From the NCBI RefSeq assembly GCF_006345805.1, contig NC_042999.1, forward strand, positions 107,632,001-107,696,000: 64,000 nucleotides of DNA. The letters are read 5' to 3'. This document shows, piece by piece, positions 37,845 to 50,349 of this stretch. Source of the DNA: Octopus sinensis (taxonomy: Eukaryota). The position numbers and the translations under genes were made by a program. Under the pieces are notes generated by a model that worked only from the letters and a program-made list of their open reading frames with translations, was not told where the DNA came from and ran no database searches. Numbering within the stretch: position 1 is the first letter of the stretch; each line of letters begins with the position of its first letter.

Positions 37845-38085
37845 ATTGTCAACATGGCTGTTGTTTGCTTGTCTATGATCAGAAGTATTCCAGCTATGGC
37901 TAGCTCTTTGTTGTTGTTGTTGTTTTTTTTTGTTTTTTTTTTGCTTTTGTTTTTTTCAAGTATAGTTTATCTAGGATTACACGAGGCAATGTCTCCTTCC
38001 TTGTTATTAAAAGACAGTAAAGTATCTTTAATAAGAGATTTGGCTTCTATTTTCAGCAGATCATAAGACCAGAAGGATCACCACA
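37845..38085 (+). mobile_element. interspersed repeat family C
   Basis: Head TATGATCAGAAGTATTCCAGCTATG, tail GAGATTTGGCTTCTATTTTCAGCAG. Confidence 0.55.
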
Positions 38086-39436
38086 CTGATTCAAACCAGA
38101 AGTGTTTATTATTAATCAAGTAAATGTTTATCGCTATGGTTTTTTTTGGGTGGGGGGGTATTAATCAACCACCATGGTGATCTGAGAAATCTCAGTCTTA
38201 TACCATTTCGTGCATGCAATCGTACTTCATCACCAGTTGATTTTAGCTTGCAAGAAACAAGAAAAACAGCAGCTCTTTTTTTTTTTTTTCCTTCAGTTTA
38301 CTTATTCAAGGGAAGCAGAGCAGTAAATGTCTCCAATTGAATTTCGAAGTTGTTTTGTTGATGAAATGATAGAAATGGGATAGCGTATATGTGTTTGGTT
38401 TCTTTTCCCCTATGTCAAGATCAAAATCATTCTGTCTATTAATACATCTTAATAAATCACTTCATAAACTACCCCTGATTCTTTATCAGATCTGTTTGTA
38501 CTTAAGCAACCCCGCTGTTATCATTATTATCTCTTTTGTAATACTTTTATTTTTTCTTCATTCTTGAAAAATTATGTATCCTGAGCACATCGTCTTCTCT
38601 CCCACTCCTTGCATCTCTCTGATTCAGTATGAACAAAGCTGATGATGGGGATGAAAGTGAATTATGAGTGAATTATAAGTTATTAAAGTAACCACTGTAC
38701 CATTCATTTCATTCTTGTAATCTATCTCAATCTCCAATAATGGAAGATGATTTCTGCAAAAATTATATAAATAGCTTTGCTTGGAAATGTAGAGGTACAG
38801 AACCAAAATATAACATTGGTTTAAGTTGCTTCTATTGACAATCCACAATGGAAACGGTCTATGTTATGGATTTTATCCTGCTGACAGCTGGTGCTATGAC
38901 AGGATGTTCTTGGACTTGTGGTAAACGATTTGTCAGATGGTAAAGAAATTTTTTTTTGCATATAAATAAAACAGGAGAAAGGAAAGAGATTGAATATAAT
39001 TGAAAGAGAGAGCTTCTGAGAGATAATGGGAAACGGTAAGAGTGAAAGTAAGTGCAAGGATGGAGGAATGGAAAACATGAATGAATAGAAAAATAGGGAA
39101 AAAAAAATTAAATATCAAAACAAAATTAAATATCAAAAAGCAAGGAGTTCAGTTCATAAGATGAAATAGGAAGTGATAAAGATGAAAATAAGGATAGATG
39201 GGTAAACAGATGGATCGATAAATAGGTTGATAGATGAATTAATAGATGGCTAGCTGGCCAGCTGGACAGATGAGAGGGTTAAGGGAATGGAGGAATGGAT
39301 GGTAATATAAATATACAATCAGAAAGGATGACAAAAAAATGCAAATAGAAAAAGATTGTGCATGAACAGGCAAATACATAGAAATAAGTAGGAAAAGTAA
39401 CAGCTTGACCAATAAGCAAATAGAGTACTTTAGATT

Positions 39437-39474
<38 letters not shown>

Positions 39475-39552
39475 CAGAGAGAGAAAGAGAGTGAGTTACA
39501 AGCAGACACACATGTATATGCACATATATACGCATATACATATATATGTATA

Positions 39553-39591
<39 letters not shown>

Positions 39592-39594
<3 letters not shown>

Positions 39595-40080
39595 TCATCA
39601 TCATCATCATCCTCACTTAACGTCTATTGTATATGCTGGTATGGGTTGGATGGTTTGACCAGGGCTGGTAAGCTTGAAGGCTACACCAGACACCAGTCTG
39701 ATTTGGCATGGTTTTCTATGGCTGGATGCCATTCTTAACACCAACCACTCTGAGAGTGTAGTGGGTGCTTTTAAATTTCACTAGCACAGGTTCCATATGT
39801 GTCACACCAGTATCTACCATGACTGCAAATTTGCTCAGCTTCATAAATCCTTTTCTCAAGCATGACATAATGCCAAAATTCTCAGTCATTGCCTCCGTGA
39901 GGCCCAACACTCGAAAGTAACTCAGCCACTTGGCCTCCCTGAGGCCCAATACTCAAAAAGTACTCAGCCACTTTGTCTCTGTAAGGCCCAATACTCTAAA
40001 AGAACTCAACCATTTTGCCTCCATGAGACCCAACACTCGAAAGGAGCTCAGTCACTTTACTTCTATGAGGCCCAACGCTC
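39592..40080 (-). mobile_element. RTE LINE 3' end with a 42-bp minisatellite (39891-40080, 4.5 copies) at its 5' end
   Basis: (CAT)n plus RTE UTR; unit GCCTCCGTGAGGCCCAACACTCGAAAGTAACTCAGCCACTTG starts at 39891, 39933, 39975, 40017 and 40059. Confidence 0.85.
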
Positions 40081-40082
40081 AA

Positions 40083-40812
40083 CATCATCATCATCATCAT
40101 CATTTAACGTCCATTCTCCATGCTAGCATGGGTTGGATGGTTCGACCAGGGATCTGGGAAGCCAGAAGGCTGCACCAGGCTCCAGTCTGATGTGGCAGTG
40201 TTTCTACAGCTGGATGCCCTTCCTAACGCCAACCACTCCGAGAGTGTAGTGGGTGCTTTTTACGTGCTACCGGCACACGTGCCAGGTGAGGCTGGCAATG
40301 GCCACAATCGGATTGGTGCTTTTTACGTGCCACTGGCACAGAAGCCAGTCTAGGCGATGCTGGCATTGGCCACGTTTGGATGGTGCTTTTTACGTGTCAC
40401 TGGCACAGGGTCAAAAACAGTGTTTCTTTACTTGCCACCTGCACAGGAGTCAGTCCAGTGGCCCTGGCAACTGCCGGGTGCCAGTCATAGGATTGGTTCA
40501 ATTTCGACTTCGCTTGCCTCAACAGGTCTTCGTGTGTCCAAGGAAGGAAAGGCATGCATAAGTGGGCTGGCTACATCCCTGGCAAGGGACACAGGATGGA
40601 CTCACTTGTCCTGCCGGGTCTTCTTACGCACAGCATATTTCCAAAGGTCTCGGTCACTAGTCATTGCCTCGGTGAGGCCTAAAGTTCGAAGGTTGTGCTT
40701 CACCACCTTGTCCCAGGTTTTCCTGGATCTCCCTCTTCCACGGGTTCCTTCAACTGCAAGGGATTGGCACTTTTTCACACACCTATCTTCATCCATTCTC
40801 GCCACATGACCA
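40083..40812 (-). mobile_element. RTE LINE 3' coding end + 3'UTR
   Basis: ORF 40602-40829 YGHVARMDEDRCVKKC..VEGTRGRGRSRKTW...LGLTEAMTSDRDLWK; (GAT)n tail. Confidence 0.9.
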
Positions 40813-40832
40813 TACATAAGTATATACACACA

Positions 40833-41162
40833 GTGAGGGCGCGTGGCTTAGTGGTTAGGGCATTCGGCTCATGATCGTAAGGTTGTGAGTTCAATTCCCG
40901 GCGACGCGTTGTGTCCTTGAGCAAGACACTTTATTTCACGTTGCTCCAGTCCACTCAGCTGGCAAAAATGAGTTGTACTTGTATTTCAAAGGGTCAGCCT
41001 TGTCACTCTCTGTGTCACGCTGATTATCCCCGAGAACTACGTTAAGGGTACACGTGTCTGTGGAATGCTCAGCCATTTGCACATTAATTTCACGAGCAAG
41101 CTGTTCCGTTGATCGTATCAGCTGGGACCCTCGTCGTCATAACCGGCGGAGTCTTTTTTTTA
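40833..41162 (+). mobile_element. full-length tRNA-derived SINE, family D, with TSD
   Basis: A box TGGCTTAGTGG (40844), B box GAGTTCAATTCC (40887), T-rich end, 11-bp direct repeat ATATACACACA at 40822-32 and 41163-73. Confidence 0.85.
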
Positions 41163-41600
41163 ATATACACACAAACATAGTTATATAGACATAAATAAAT
41201 ATATATACATATTGGTATGTGCACACACACACACATACATATGTACATATATGTATAGAAATATGTGTGTGTATGTTCAAAGGAAAGAAAAGAGTACTTA
41301 ATATATTATGTAGAGTTTTCATTTGTAGACAAGCACCTGGGGATTCACACAACCATTTCTCAGTTTTTAAGGTATGAAAGCACATGCTTGCTATGACCAG
41401 CAGATGGAATACACTTTTGCAATCAGTCAGTCCAGATTCTATGTTGCCATGAAGTTGATATAAGACAAGGCAATATAAATTAAGAACCAAAGGATACCTA
41501 ATTTAACACAAACCAACGGTTTGCCTATAGGGTTTGAGAACACAAGGAAATAGCATATCCATTTAGTACATCTCCACACACCGTCAGACCTTCAAGTTTA

Positions 41601-41915
41601 CATGGGACTATAGTTGAAAAGTGTAACTGAAGCCATAAGAACATGATTGTTATATTGAATCTGTTGTGTATATATGGTTTCTAGAAATGATTGTCTAAAT
41701 TTGTTAAGTTTGGCATTCATGAGGAATGTAATATTTGTTCATGTATAAACACAGACATGATTGGTTAAGAAACGTACTTCTCAACCATGAGTTCTTGGGT
41801 TCAATCCCAATGTGCAGAACATGGATAAGTGCCCTTCTACTATAGGCCTGGGCCAACCAAAGCCTTGTTAATGGATTTGGCTGCTGGAAACTGAAAGAAG
41901 CCTGTTGTGTGTGTG
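41601..41915 (+). repeat. ~315-bp direct duplication, copy 1 (partner 45773-46088)
   Basis: About 5 differences by eye; non-repeat flank plus a decayed SINE B head. Confidence 0.95.
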
Positions 41916-42349
41916 TGTGTGTGTGTTTGTATGTGTGTGTGTGTATACCACACTCACTACATCTCTATGTAAAATTATGTACACTCTCTTTTATCTTTTG
42001 CTTGTTTCAATCATTATACTGTGGCTATGCAGAGGTACCACCTTGGAGAATTTGTTTTAATTGAATGAATCGATGCTAATACTTATTTTTTTTTTTTTTT
42101 TTTGAAATTTGATTCTCATTCTATCAGTCAATTTTGCTGAACTGCTGAAAAGGAAACAGAAAAAAGAGAATTAAAGTACAAAATTCTTACATTCCCTTAA
42201 TTTCCTGTAATTCAGACCATTTCATAGTCCCAGCAGACAAAATGGAGAAAAAGCATTACCCTGGAGGATGGCAAGGGAGATGCACTAAAACAGCTACTCT
42301 GCTAAGGATGTAAACACACCAGCACCAGTTGTCAAGCAGTGGTGGGAGA

Positions 42350-42416
42350 CAAACACAGGCACAAAGACACACACACACATAGACACACACACACACCACA
42401 CACACACACACACACA

Positions 42417-42453
<37 letters not shown>

Positions 42454-42605
42454 AAACACACAAACACACATACAAAGACATACACACACAAACACACAGA
42501 CACACACACATACAAGACACACACAGGCACACAAAGATACACACATACATACAAAAACACAAACACACACAAACATACACACACACAAACATACACACAT
42601 ACAAA

Positions 42606-42647
<42 letters not shown>

Positions 42648-42710
42648 TACACACATACAAAGACACACACACAGAAACACACAAACACACACACATATAT
42701 ATATTATAAA
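42350..42710. repeat. (CA)n-rich microsatellite
   Basis: Direct inspection. Confidence 0.95.
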
Positions 42711-43025
42711 TAACTCTGTCTACTATAAAGCCTGAATCCCAAAAATTGGTGGAGGGGTCCTGTTGATTACTTTCTGCCTCAGAGCTCCACTTGTCATTTT
42801 ATCGATCCTGAAAAGATAAAAAGCAAAGTTGGCCTAGACAGAAGTTAAACTTAGAATGTATGGTTAGACAAAATGCTGCTAAGCATTTTGTCTGATGTAC
42901 TAAATAAATGATAAATAAAAAATAACAGATAAATAAAACATACAGTGTGGGCCAAAATTAATGCCCCAACTTGAGTTTTTGAAAAATATACATGAAATGT
43001 AATGAAAATGAAAAAAATTAACAGA

Positions 43026-43683
43026 TAGGCACAGGAGTGGCTGTGTGATAAGTAGCTAGCTAGCTTACCAGCCACATGGTCCTGGGTTGAGTTCCACTGC
43101 GTGGCACCTTGGGAAGTGTCTCTACTATAGCCTTGGGCTGACCAAAACCTTGTGAGTGGATTTGGTAGACGGAAACTGAAAGAAGCCCATTGTATATATA
43201 TATATATATATAAAACTTATAAATAAGGGCAACCAAAAAATTTCTAATGCCAAATATGCCGAAAATTGGACATATTGTCCATTTACCATATAATTTTTTT
43301 CCCAGTATGCACACTACTCGAAAAAAGGTCGACAGTAGCGTGTGTACTGGGAAAAAAATTATATGGTAAATGGACAATATGTCCAATTTTCGGCATACTT
43401 GGCATTAGAAATTTTTTTTGAAAAAATGTTATTCTACATTAGATATATATATATGTGTGTGTGTGTGTGTGTATGTATATGTTTATGTGTCTGTGTTTGT
43501 CCCCCACCCATCGCTTGACAACTGATGTTGGTGTGTTTAGATCCCCGTAATTTAGTGGTTCGGCAAAAATGACTGATAGAATAAGTTCTAAGCTTACAAA
43601 GAATAAGTCCTGGGGTCGATTTGTCGGACTAAAAGCAGTGCTCCAGCATGGCCACAGTCAAATGACTGAAACAAATAAAAGAA
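43026..43683 (+). mobile_element. SINE family B (head 43026-43195, microsatellite middle, tail 43490-43683)
   Basis: Head AGGAGTGGCTGTGTG..GGGTTGAGTTCCACTGCGTGGCACCTTGGG; tail GTGCTCCAGCATGGCCACAGTC; further copies at 56766, 57331 and 62905. Confidence 0.85.
43235..43417. mobile_element. foldback/MITE-like palindrome, ~84-bp arms, 15-nt loop
   Basis: 43235-43318 versus the reverse complement of 43334-43417: 4 mismatches by eye. Confidence 0.85.
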
Positions 43684-45239
43684 GTGAACATCAATTTGGC
43701 AAGTCATTGAAAGTGACAGCCGTTCATTGCTATGCACAACTCGCAATGCCTGGCCAAACTGGTGAATGTATTTTAAGACATTTGTTCGGAAAGTTGACTA
43801 AAACATAGTTACCTGTTGTGCCAATTGGTTCAAATTATGGATCGTTTCCCTGTAGACTTGATTTCTGAGGTATCTCCAGAGAAAAAAGTCAGACAGAGTT
43901 AAATCCAGAGACCTTGTTGGATATCCACAAAATCTGCTGTGATGTCTAATCCAATGATTTCGTAGGTGCTGGTCAAGGAAGTTTCTCACACATTTGCCAT
44001 AATGAGGAAGTGTTCCATCTTGCACAAAGATTTTGAAATGATGGTATCAAAAATACGACCATTCATCGTCTCTCATTGAATATGGAATGCACATATTCCT
44101 GAAGACAATATCACCAACCAAATGACAAGAGAAGGTGAATTAACTGAATTAACATGCTTTTCCCAAACTACTTCTGGGTCATCTTCAGAATAATGGAAGC
44201 AGTTATGGCAGTTGATGTGACCAAAAACATGGAAGGTCACTTCATCAAAGAAAATGAGGCGATCAAAAATTCTGGAATCTCTGGCTTCTGCTCACATTCT
44301 TTCACAAAATTTGACACATTGAATAATCAGTGATATATACAAATAATAACAGCATGCATCAAGAAACTACAGAACTAATAGACACATAAAGTTGGAGCAC
44401 TAATTTAGGCTCACCCTGTATTTTCTTCACCATCTTATGGATTATGCACACCTTAATATAAACCCTCGCATGCTTGCAAATACATGCATTCTCACATGCA
44501 TACTCTGACCTGCACATATACACTTATTTTCACTCACATACGCTCTCACATCACACACTTATAAAACAAACTCTTATGAAACATACACTAATCTATATAT
44601 GCATTTATACAATTTATCTCTTAAGTAAATCTCCTTATACATTTGTTTATGTATATATTCCTTCCTGATCTTATTCCATTAGTTACTCAGACACCAACTC
44701 ACACATACAAGTAGAATTATGTACAACTTCACTCTTGTGGAATTAGGAAACATGCTATGTTGTATTATTATCTCCATATACAAGGTTTGCCTAAGCATAA
44801 ATGGGATTCAATAGGTAAAATGAAAATAATGTGCAATGGCAAAATACATAGGATTTCAGAGAATGTTGATGAAGTTCTGAAAGAACGTCTTATGGATTAA
44901 CATAGGTGTTCTCCAGAAAAAATGTTTAAAACTGTATGAAAAGGAGAAATTATTTCATAAGGTTACCATACAGTTCAGGAATTCATTCAGTGTCAAATTT
45001 GCCATGACCACTCAGGTGGGTCAAACAGATCACATGGGGAGCAGGCAATAGAAAATTACCTCAGGTCCATGATTACAGCAATTGATGTTTATCCTGTAAA
45101 GTAGACCTCACTGTCTGGGTAGTGGCCACATTCTCAAAGAATAATGGAGTATTTAGTATTATCTGGTGAAATTAATGTATGAATAATTGTCTCCTCCACT
45201 TCATTTAAGTGTTAAAACTAATCCTTCTGGGAGTGTAAA

Positions 45240-45565
45240 GCACTTATAGCTGTGCCACATTAAAGTGCCCCTAAGCAGTGCCACGTAAAATCACCCCTAC
45301 AGTGCCACATAAAAGTGCCCGTAGTGTCATGTAAAAGTGCCTGTGCAGTTCCATGTAAAAGCATCCATGTAGTGTCACGTAAGAGCATTCAGTACACTCT
45401 GTAAAATGGTTGGCGTTAGGAAGGGTATCCAACTATAGAAGCCATGCCAAATCAGACTGGAGTCTGGTGCAGCCACACCCAGCTTGTCAGCTCTGGTCAC
45501 ACCGTCCAACCCATGCCAGCATGGACAACAGACATTAAATGATGATGATGATGATGATGATGATG
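45240..45565 (+). mobile_element. RTE 3'UTR with expanded ~20-bp subrepeat
   Basis: About six CAGTGCCACGTAAAAGCACCC-like units, then the standard RTE end and (GAT)n. Confidence 0.75.
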
Positions 45566-45772
45566 ATTAAATTCCTGGCTCTTTTCAATGTGTGTTGGAT
45601 GAGAGACAATTAACCTGAGTTTATGAGATATTTTTAACATTTTGTAGGATATGTGCTGTCTTATAATATCAGGATAAGGTTTTTCTACAGACACATATTA
45701 CATTCTTGCCTGTCAAACATAATGGCTGCGTTTAGTGTTATGAGTTGCTGGTGACTATGCAAGTAGAACTGT

Positions 45773-46088
45773 CATGGGACTATAGTTGAAAAGTGTAACT
45801 GAAGCCATAAGAACATGATTGTTATATTGTATCTGTTGTGTATATATGGTTTCTAGAAATGATTGTCTAAATTTGTTAAGTTTGGCATTCATGAGGAATG
45901 TAATATTTGTTCATGTATAAACACAGACATGATTGGTTAAGAAACGTACTTCTCAACCATGAGTTCTTGGGTTCAGTCCCAATGTGCAGAACATGGATAA
46001 GTGCCTTCTACTATAGGCCTGGGCCAACCAAAGCCTTGTTAATGGATTTGGCTGGTGGAAACTGAAAGAAGCCTGCTGTGTGTGTGTG
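45773..46088 (+). repeat. ~315-bp direct duplication, copy 2
   Basis: See 41601-41915. Confidence 0.95.
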
Positions 46089-46091
46089 TGA

Positions 46092-46166
<75 letters not shown>

Positions 46167-46169
46167 GTG

Positions 46170-46680
46170 GCAGACTGGCCAGGCTGCCAGCTTTCCCAGA
46201 TCGATGTTAAGCCTCTACTGCCTTGTTTTCATTTTAGGTAGAGGTGGTCTCCATCACAGTTCATGTGGAAATTAGGTGTGCTTGTTAGTATTTTCTGGGT
46301 TTTCACATCAATGATCTCATCAAGCATCCAATCAAGCAGCCCAAATGTTGGTGTAAGTACTAGCACTACAAACATATTGTGGTCCAGTGTTTTATTGAAT
46401 GCAGAGAGTTCTGAGGTCCAAATTTTCTGTATTCAGCTTTAATATTCTTTAGTGACACATGTTTTGTTACAGGTGTCATTGTAAGATATGTTTTCATTCA
46501 CCCCTAGATACTTGTAACATTCCTCATCAGATATAGAGGAAACAGTCAAGTCACTGATGGAGATGTTGCTAGTCTGGTTTACAGTTTTCCCCCTTTTCAC
46601 AACCATATAACAACATTTATCCTGACCAAACTCCAACCTTACGCCCTTCAAGAATGTTGTAACTTGGTTAATAGAGTGAT
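46170..46680 (-). mobile_element. R4/Dong-like LINE RT/thumb fragment
   Basis: LEFGQDKC, YKYLGVNE, WTSELSAFNK, VLTPTFGLLDW, DHLYLK*KQGSRGL. Confidence 0.8.
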
Positions 46681-47514
46681 GGTGCAATTCACCAGAGAGG
46701 AGGAGTCCACATCATCTCACCAGAGCTCTCTGACAGGACCCTTTACTTTGTTAAGAAAGGTGTGGAAGATAATTCTTGTTGCAAAGCAAGAGAGAGAAAG
46801 AGAACAACGGAGAGAAAATAAGTTTCTCTCTTTTTTCTCTTTATGTTTTCTCTGTCGCTCTCTCTCCCTTTCTCCACCACCTGCTGCTGACACGTGACCC
46901 AGGTCCAGCTTTCCTTCCATCTCCCTTTTTCACACCAGCCGCCCAGCCATTTCTCTGTCTTGCTATTTCCATATCCTTTAGGATTTCTACTACACATTAC
47001 CCACCATTTTTGTCTTTTTAGCCCTAGGGCTGTATTTTGCTCATTTTTATTTATTTTGTCTTTGTCTATCATCTTAAATTACATTTTTTGACTTTTGTAT
47101 GTCCACTTTGTGTTGTTTTGTTTGCTTGAAGCCTGACATTCTGTGCGACTTTCGCAGACACCACCAATATGGGAAGTTCTGTCTTATAATTAATGGTGTG
47201 TAACTGAGTATTACAATTTTGGTTGATAACTGATGGATAATTAGGGATCCTCAGTATATGTATACCTTTTGTATCTGTCATTGTTTATTTACAATGCATT
47301 TTCTCATTTATTAAGTAATGGTATGTTTGCACACCCAATTTTTTTAACAGTAAGTTCACATATATATGACAGGCTTCCTTCAGTTTCATTTACCAAATTC
47401 ACTCACAATGCTTTGATCAGCCCAAAGCTATGGTAGAAGACACTTGCCCAAGGTACCATGCAGTGGGACTGAACCTGGAACCATATGGTTGGGAAGCAAG
47501 CTTCTTACCACACT

Positions 47515-47770
47515 GGAATATTTTGTTGGTGGTTGTAACAGAATGTTCAGAAAAGATTTCCTCTTATGTTGGGGACCTCTACGTGATCATTTGAAATGCT
47601 TGGAATAGCTGCTAAAATTCCCTCGAAATGTGCTCTATTGTTTAACAAAAAAGACTTATTGTGTAATATGGTTTTGAATTTTATGCACATATGAAAACAG
47701 GATGGTCACAGCTGAAATGCCTTTAATCACAGGTTTGTTGAATCAGGTTTGACTTGGTGCTAAACAACAG
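47515..47770 (-). mobile_element. interspersed repeat family C
   Basis: Minus head GATTAAAGGCATTTCAGCTGTGACCATCC and tail TTTAGCAGCTATTCCAAGCA. Confidence 0.55.
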
Positions 47771-48771
47771 TAACAACAACAGCAACAACAACAACAGTAA
47801 AGATGTTTTTTTTTTTTCTTTCTAAAGTACACTATTTCAGGAAGGAGCTGTATCCTTTAGATTTACTTTTCATAAACACTAAAATAGACATTAGGAAATA
47901 TGACCTGCACTTAATACATTCCCAGTACATCATCATTCCACCACTGCAGTGACATTTCATAAAGAAAAAAAATAGACCTTCAAACTATAACTGAGGCTAA
48001 GATTGTATCTACATAACTCGTAATAACAAACAGGCATTTCAGAAATGAAAGAATTTATATAACTTGCACAAAAATAAATGTGAAAAAAATTTTCCAGTGA
48101 ACTTTTATATAACTGCATAAGATTCTTGTTTGAAAATATCCAGCATACATAAAAGCATAAAAGCATATGAAAGCTGTCTCTTCATATTGTCATGATTCAG
48201 TACGATAACCAGAAAACAAAATTCATATATTTTTGTTCTTTTTACCTTTCCTATCATTTTTTTTTGCTTTTGTTTCTTTTTTATTTAGTTTTTGTTTTTT
48301 TCTATCTATATCTGAACAAAACTTTCATAATAATAAAACAATTATCTGCCTTTAGTTTTATATTAGCAACTATTTACTTGACAAAATGATATTTCTATTT
48401 TCTCTTTTTCTGTTCTTGTTCTAAATTTTGAGTTCACAACATCCCAATAAATACCATCCTACACAAATATCATTAGCAAGCAAAATTTCCATATTTAACC
48501 TTTAAATTGAATGATGTTTAAAAGGTGATAATTTACAGTATAAATTAACTAGGAATAAACTTCTGAGTAAAATATAGTTAAGTGCAAGCAACCACACATG
48601 ATGTGGTGAACTGAAAATAATTTTAATCAATTGAAATTATAATAACAAGAAGGAAATTCATTGACCCTTAAGTATTCAAATTACTCTGTCAAATATAGTG
48701 CGTATTTATTCACATTGTTTTGAATTAATCATGCTCTCCTAATATTCTGCTCATGAGAATTAAGCTATGAA

Positions 48772-48887
48772 ATTCTTACATTCTCTCAATTTCCTGTGAT
48801 TCAGACCGTCTCATGGTCCCAGCAAACAAAATGGAAAAGGTGTTGCCCTGGAGGATAGCGAGGGAGATGCACTGGTACAGCCACTCT
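48772..48887 (+). repeat. unclassified dispersed repeat (partner 42181-42301)
   Basis: AATTCTTACATT..TTTCCTGT.ATTCAGACC..TCAT.GTCCCAGCA.ACAAAATGG...CCCTGGAGGAT.GC.AGGGAGATGCACT is shared by both copies. Confidence 0.75.
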
Positions 48888-48900
48888 GACTCACAGGGCT

Positions 48901-48953
48901 CTCACTGTCATTGGGGATGGTTATCACTGATAACCATCCCCAATAACAGTGAG
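48901..48953. repeat. 53-bp palindrome (26-bp arms, 1 mismatch, 1-nt centre)
   Basis: CTCACTGTCATTGGGGATGGTTATCA-C-TGATAACCATCCCCAATAACAGTGAG. Confidence 0.95.
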
Positions 48954-49397
48954 TAGAGATGTGTTCCAGGGGCCAACAACACTGGAGGTCTTCACAGCTG
49001 CAAGCTCAACCATAAGCATCTCAGAGAGTGACTGATATTTTGACAGTTTGCATTTCTCAGCCTGACAAGCAGTGGAGCCTGTGCTGAAAGCTGAACATGC
49101 CAAGTTGCCACTGGAGAAGGTTTCACAGCATGTGATCCCAATGCAAGTAGTTCTGGGGGTGGTGTTGGCAGGGATTGTGGTAGAGGTTTTTCTTGAGATA
49201 TTTGACTGACTTGAACTGGTGATAGAAATTTTATTGCTAGTGTTGGTGATGCTACTCTTAACTACACCTGCTTCTTTATCTTGAGACAAACAGTGCCAGA
49301 AAATCCATACCATTGAAACCAATGAAGTGGATACAGTTGATATCACTGGCCCTATTGTTAGAGTTTCTGGTGGTGTTGGTGGTGGTGTTGTAGGCAT
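48924..49397 (-). CDS. hypothetical Thr/Ser-rich ORF or exon remnant (157 aa)
   Basis: Stop-free and not microsatellite-derived; 7 Cys; no recognisable domain; an in-frame TAG lies five codons upstream of the ATG. Confidence 0.2.
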   Translation of the reverse strand: MPTTPPPTPPETLTIGPVISTVSTSLVSMVWIFWHCLSQDKEAGVVKSSITNTSNKISITSSSQSNISRKTSTTIPANTTPRTTCIGITCCETFSSGNLACSAFSTGSTACQAEKCKLSKYQSLSEMLMVELAAVKTSSVVGPWNTSLLTVIGDGYQ

Positions 49398-49669
49398 TTC
49401 TGGTGTTATCTAACTCAACAGAATGTTGTTGCTGCTTCCAAAAGAGATGCTGGTAAACTTTGTTCTGTTATTCCATCACCTTTTCTCAAATTGGAATCTG
49501 TTATTTTAACTAAAACAGGAATTTTTGAAATTAGAAAATTTTTTTTTAAATCAGCAACACTTCCAGAGAAAGGGCATCACAACAGAGGAAACCACACTCA
49601 AATGTAGCTGGTCACATTTTCTACACAAATATCAATGAGAAACAAAAGAACTAGACTTTCCATCCATAT

Positions 49670-49824
49670 TACTACTACTGCTACCACTACTACTACTACG
49701 ACTACTACCACCACCACCATTAGCACCACCACTACCACCACCACCACTACCACCACCACCACTACCACCGCCACTGCCGCCATCACCACCACCACCACCA
49801 TCAACTCCACCACCACCACCACCT

Positions 49825-49866
<42 letters not shown>

Positions 49867-49910
49867 TTACTGCTGCTGCTGCTGCTACTATTACTACTAC
49901 TACTACTTCA
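49670..49910. repeat. (ACT)/(ACC)/(GCT)n compound microsatellite
   Basis: Direct inspection. Confidence 0.95.
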
Positions 49911-50349
49911 GAGAATGTGATGTAGAAAATTGAATTACTGTACTGAAGAGCATCCATCCATAGAAACCATACCAAAGCATTTGCTGGAGCTCAACATAGA
50001 TCTGTGACTATTCAGATCCTGTCAAACTGTCCAACCCATGCTAGCATGGAATTCAAGTGCTAAATGATAATGCAAAAAAAAAAAAAGAAACTAATAATAA
50101 AAATCAGTTATAATATATCCATGCTAGTTTACAAACCATTTTCCAAATTGGTTAAGATGGTACGAATAATTTCTATTATTTGGTTTTAAGCCAGAAAGTT
50201 TGATGATTTAAGTTTAATCAAAAAAGAAAGTACTGAGCTAAAATGTAAAGCAAACCAAGTGCTAAATAATTATTAGTGACAGAAGCAGTATTAAAATCAA
50301 AACGTAATATTTATCCCCTCTTAAAAGTGAATATCATGTTAGAAAAAAA

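Larger units (their letters stand above)
42943..44418 (-). mobile_element. Tc1/mariner DD41D (rosa-like) transposon, internally deleted, carrying nested insertions
   Basis: TIRs with TA: TACAGTGTGGGCCAAAATTAATGCCCCAACTT versus TACAGGGTGAGCCTAAATTAGTGCTCCAACTT (27/32); motifs IFFDEVTFH, QDGTLPH...RSLDLTLSDFFLW (42 aa D-D spacing in this copy). Confidence 0.8.

Noticed and set aside
37854-38066. Hydrophobic ORF suggesting a membrane peptide
   Set aside because: Lies within repeat family C, and the hydrophobic run is a T-rich tract.
39891-40080. CRISPR-like appearance of this 42-bp array, of the RTE UTR subrepeats and of 33445-33530
   Set aside because: No unique spacers of regular length, no cas genes, eukaryotic context.
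49598-49975. Poly-Val/poly-Thr ORFs, and poly-Ile/Tyr/Asn ORFs at 59013-59298
   Set aside because: Trinucleotide microsatellites.
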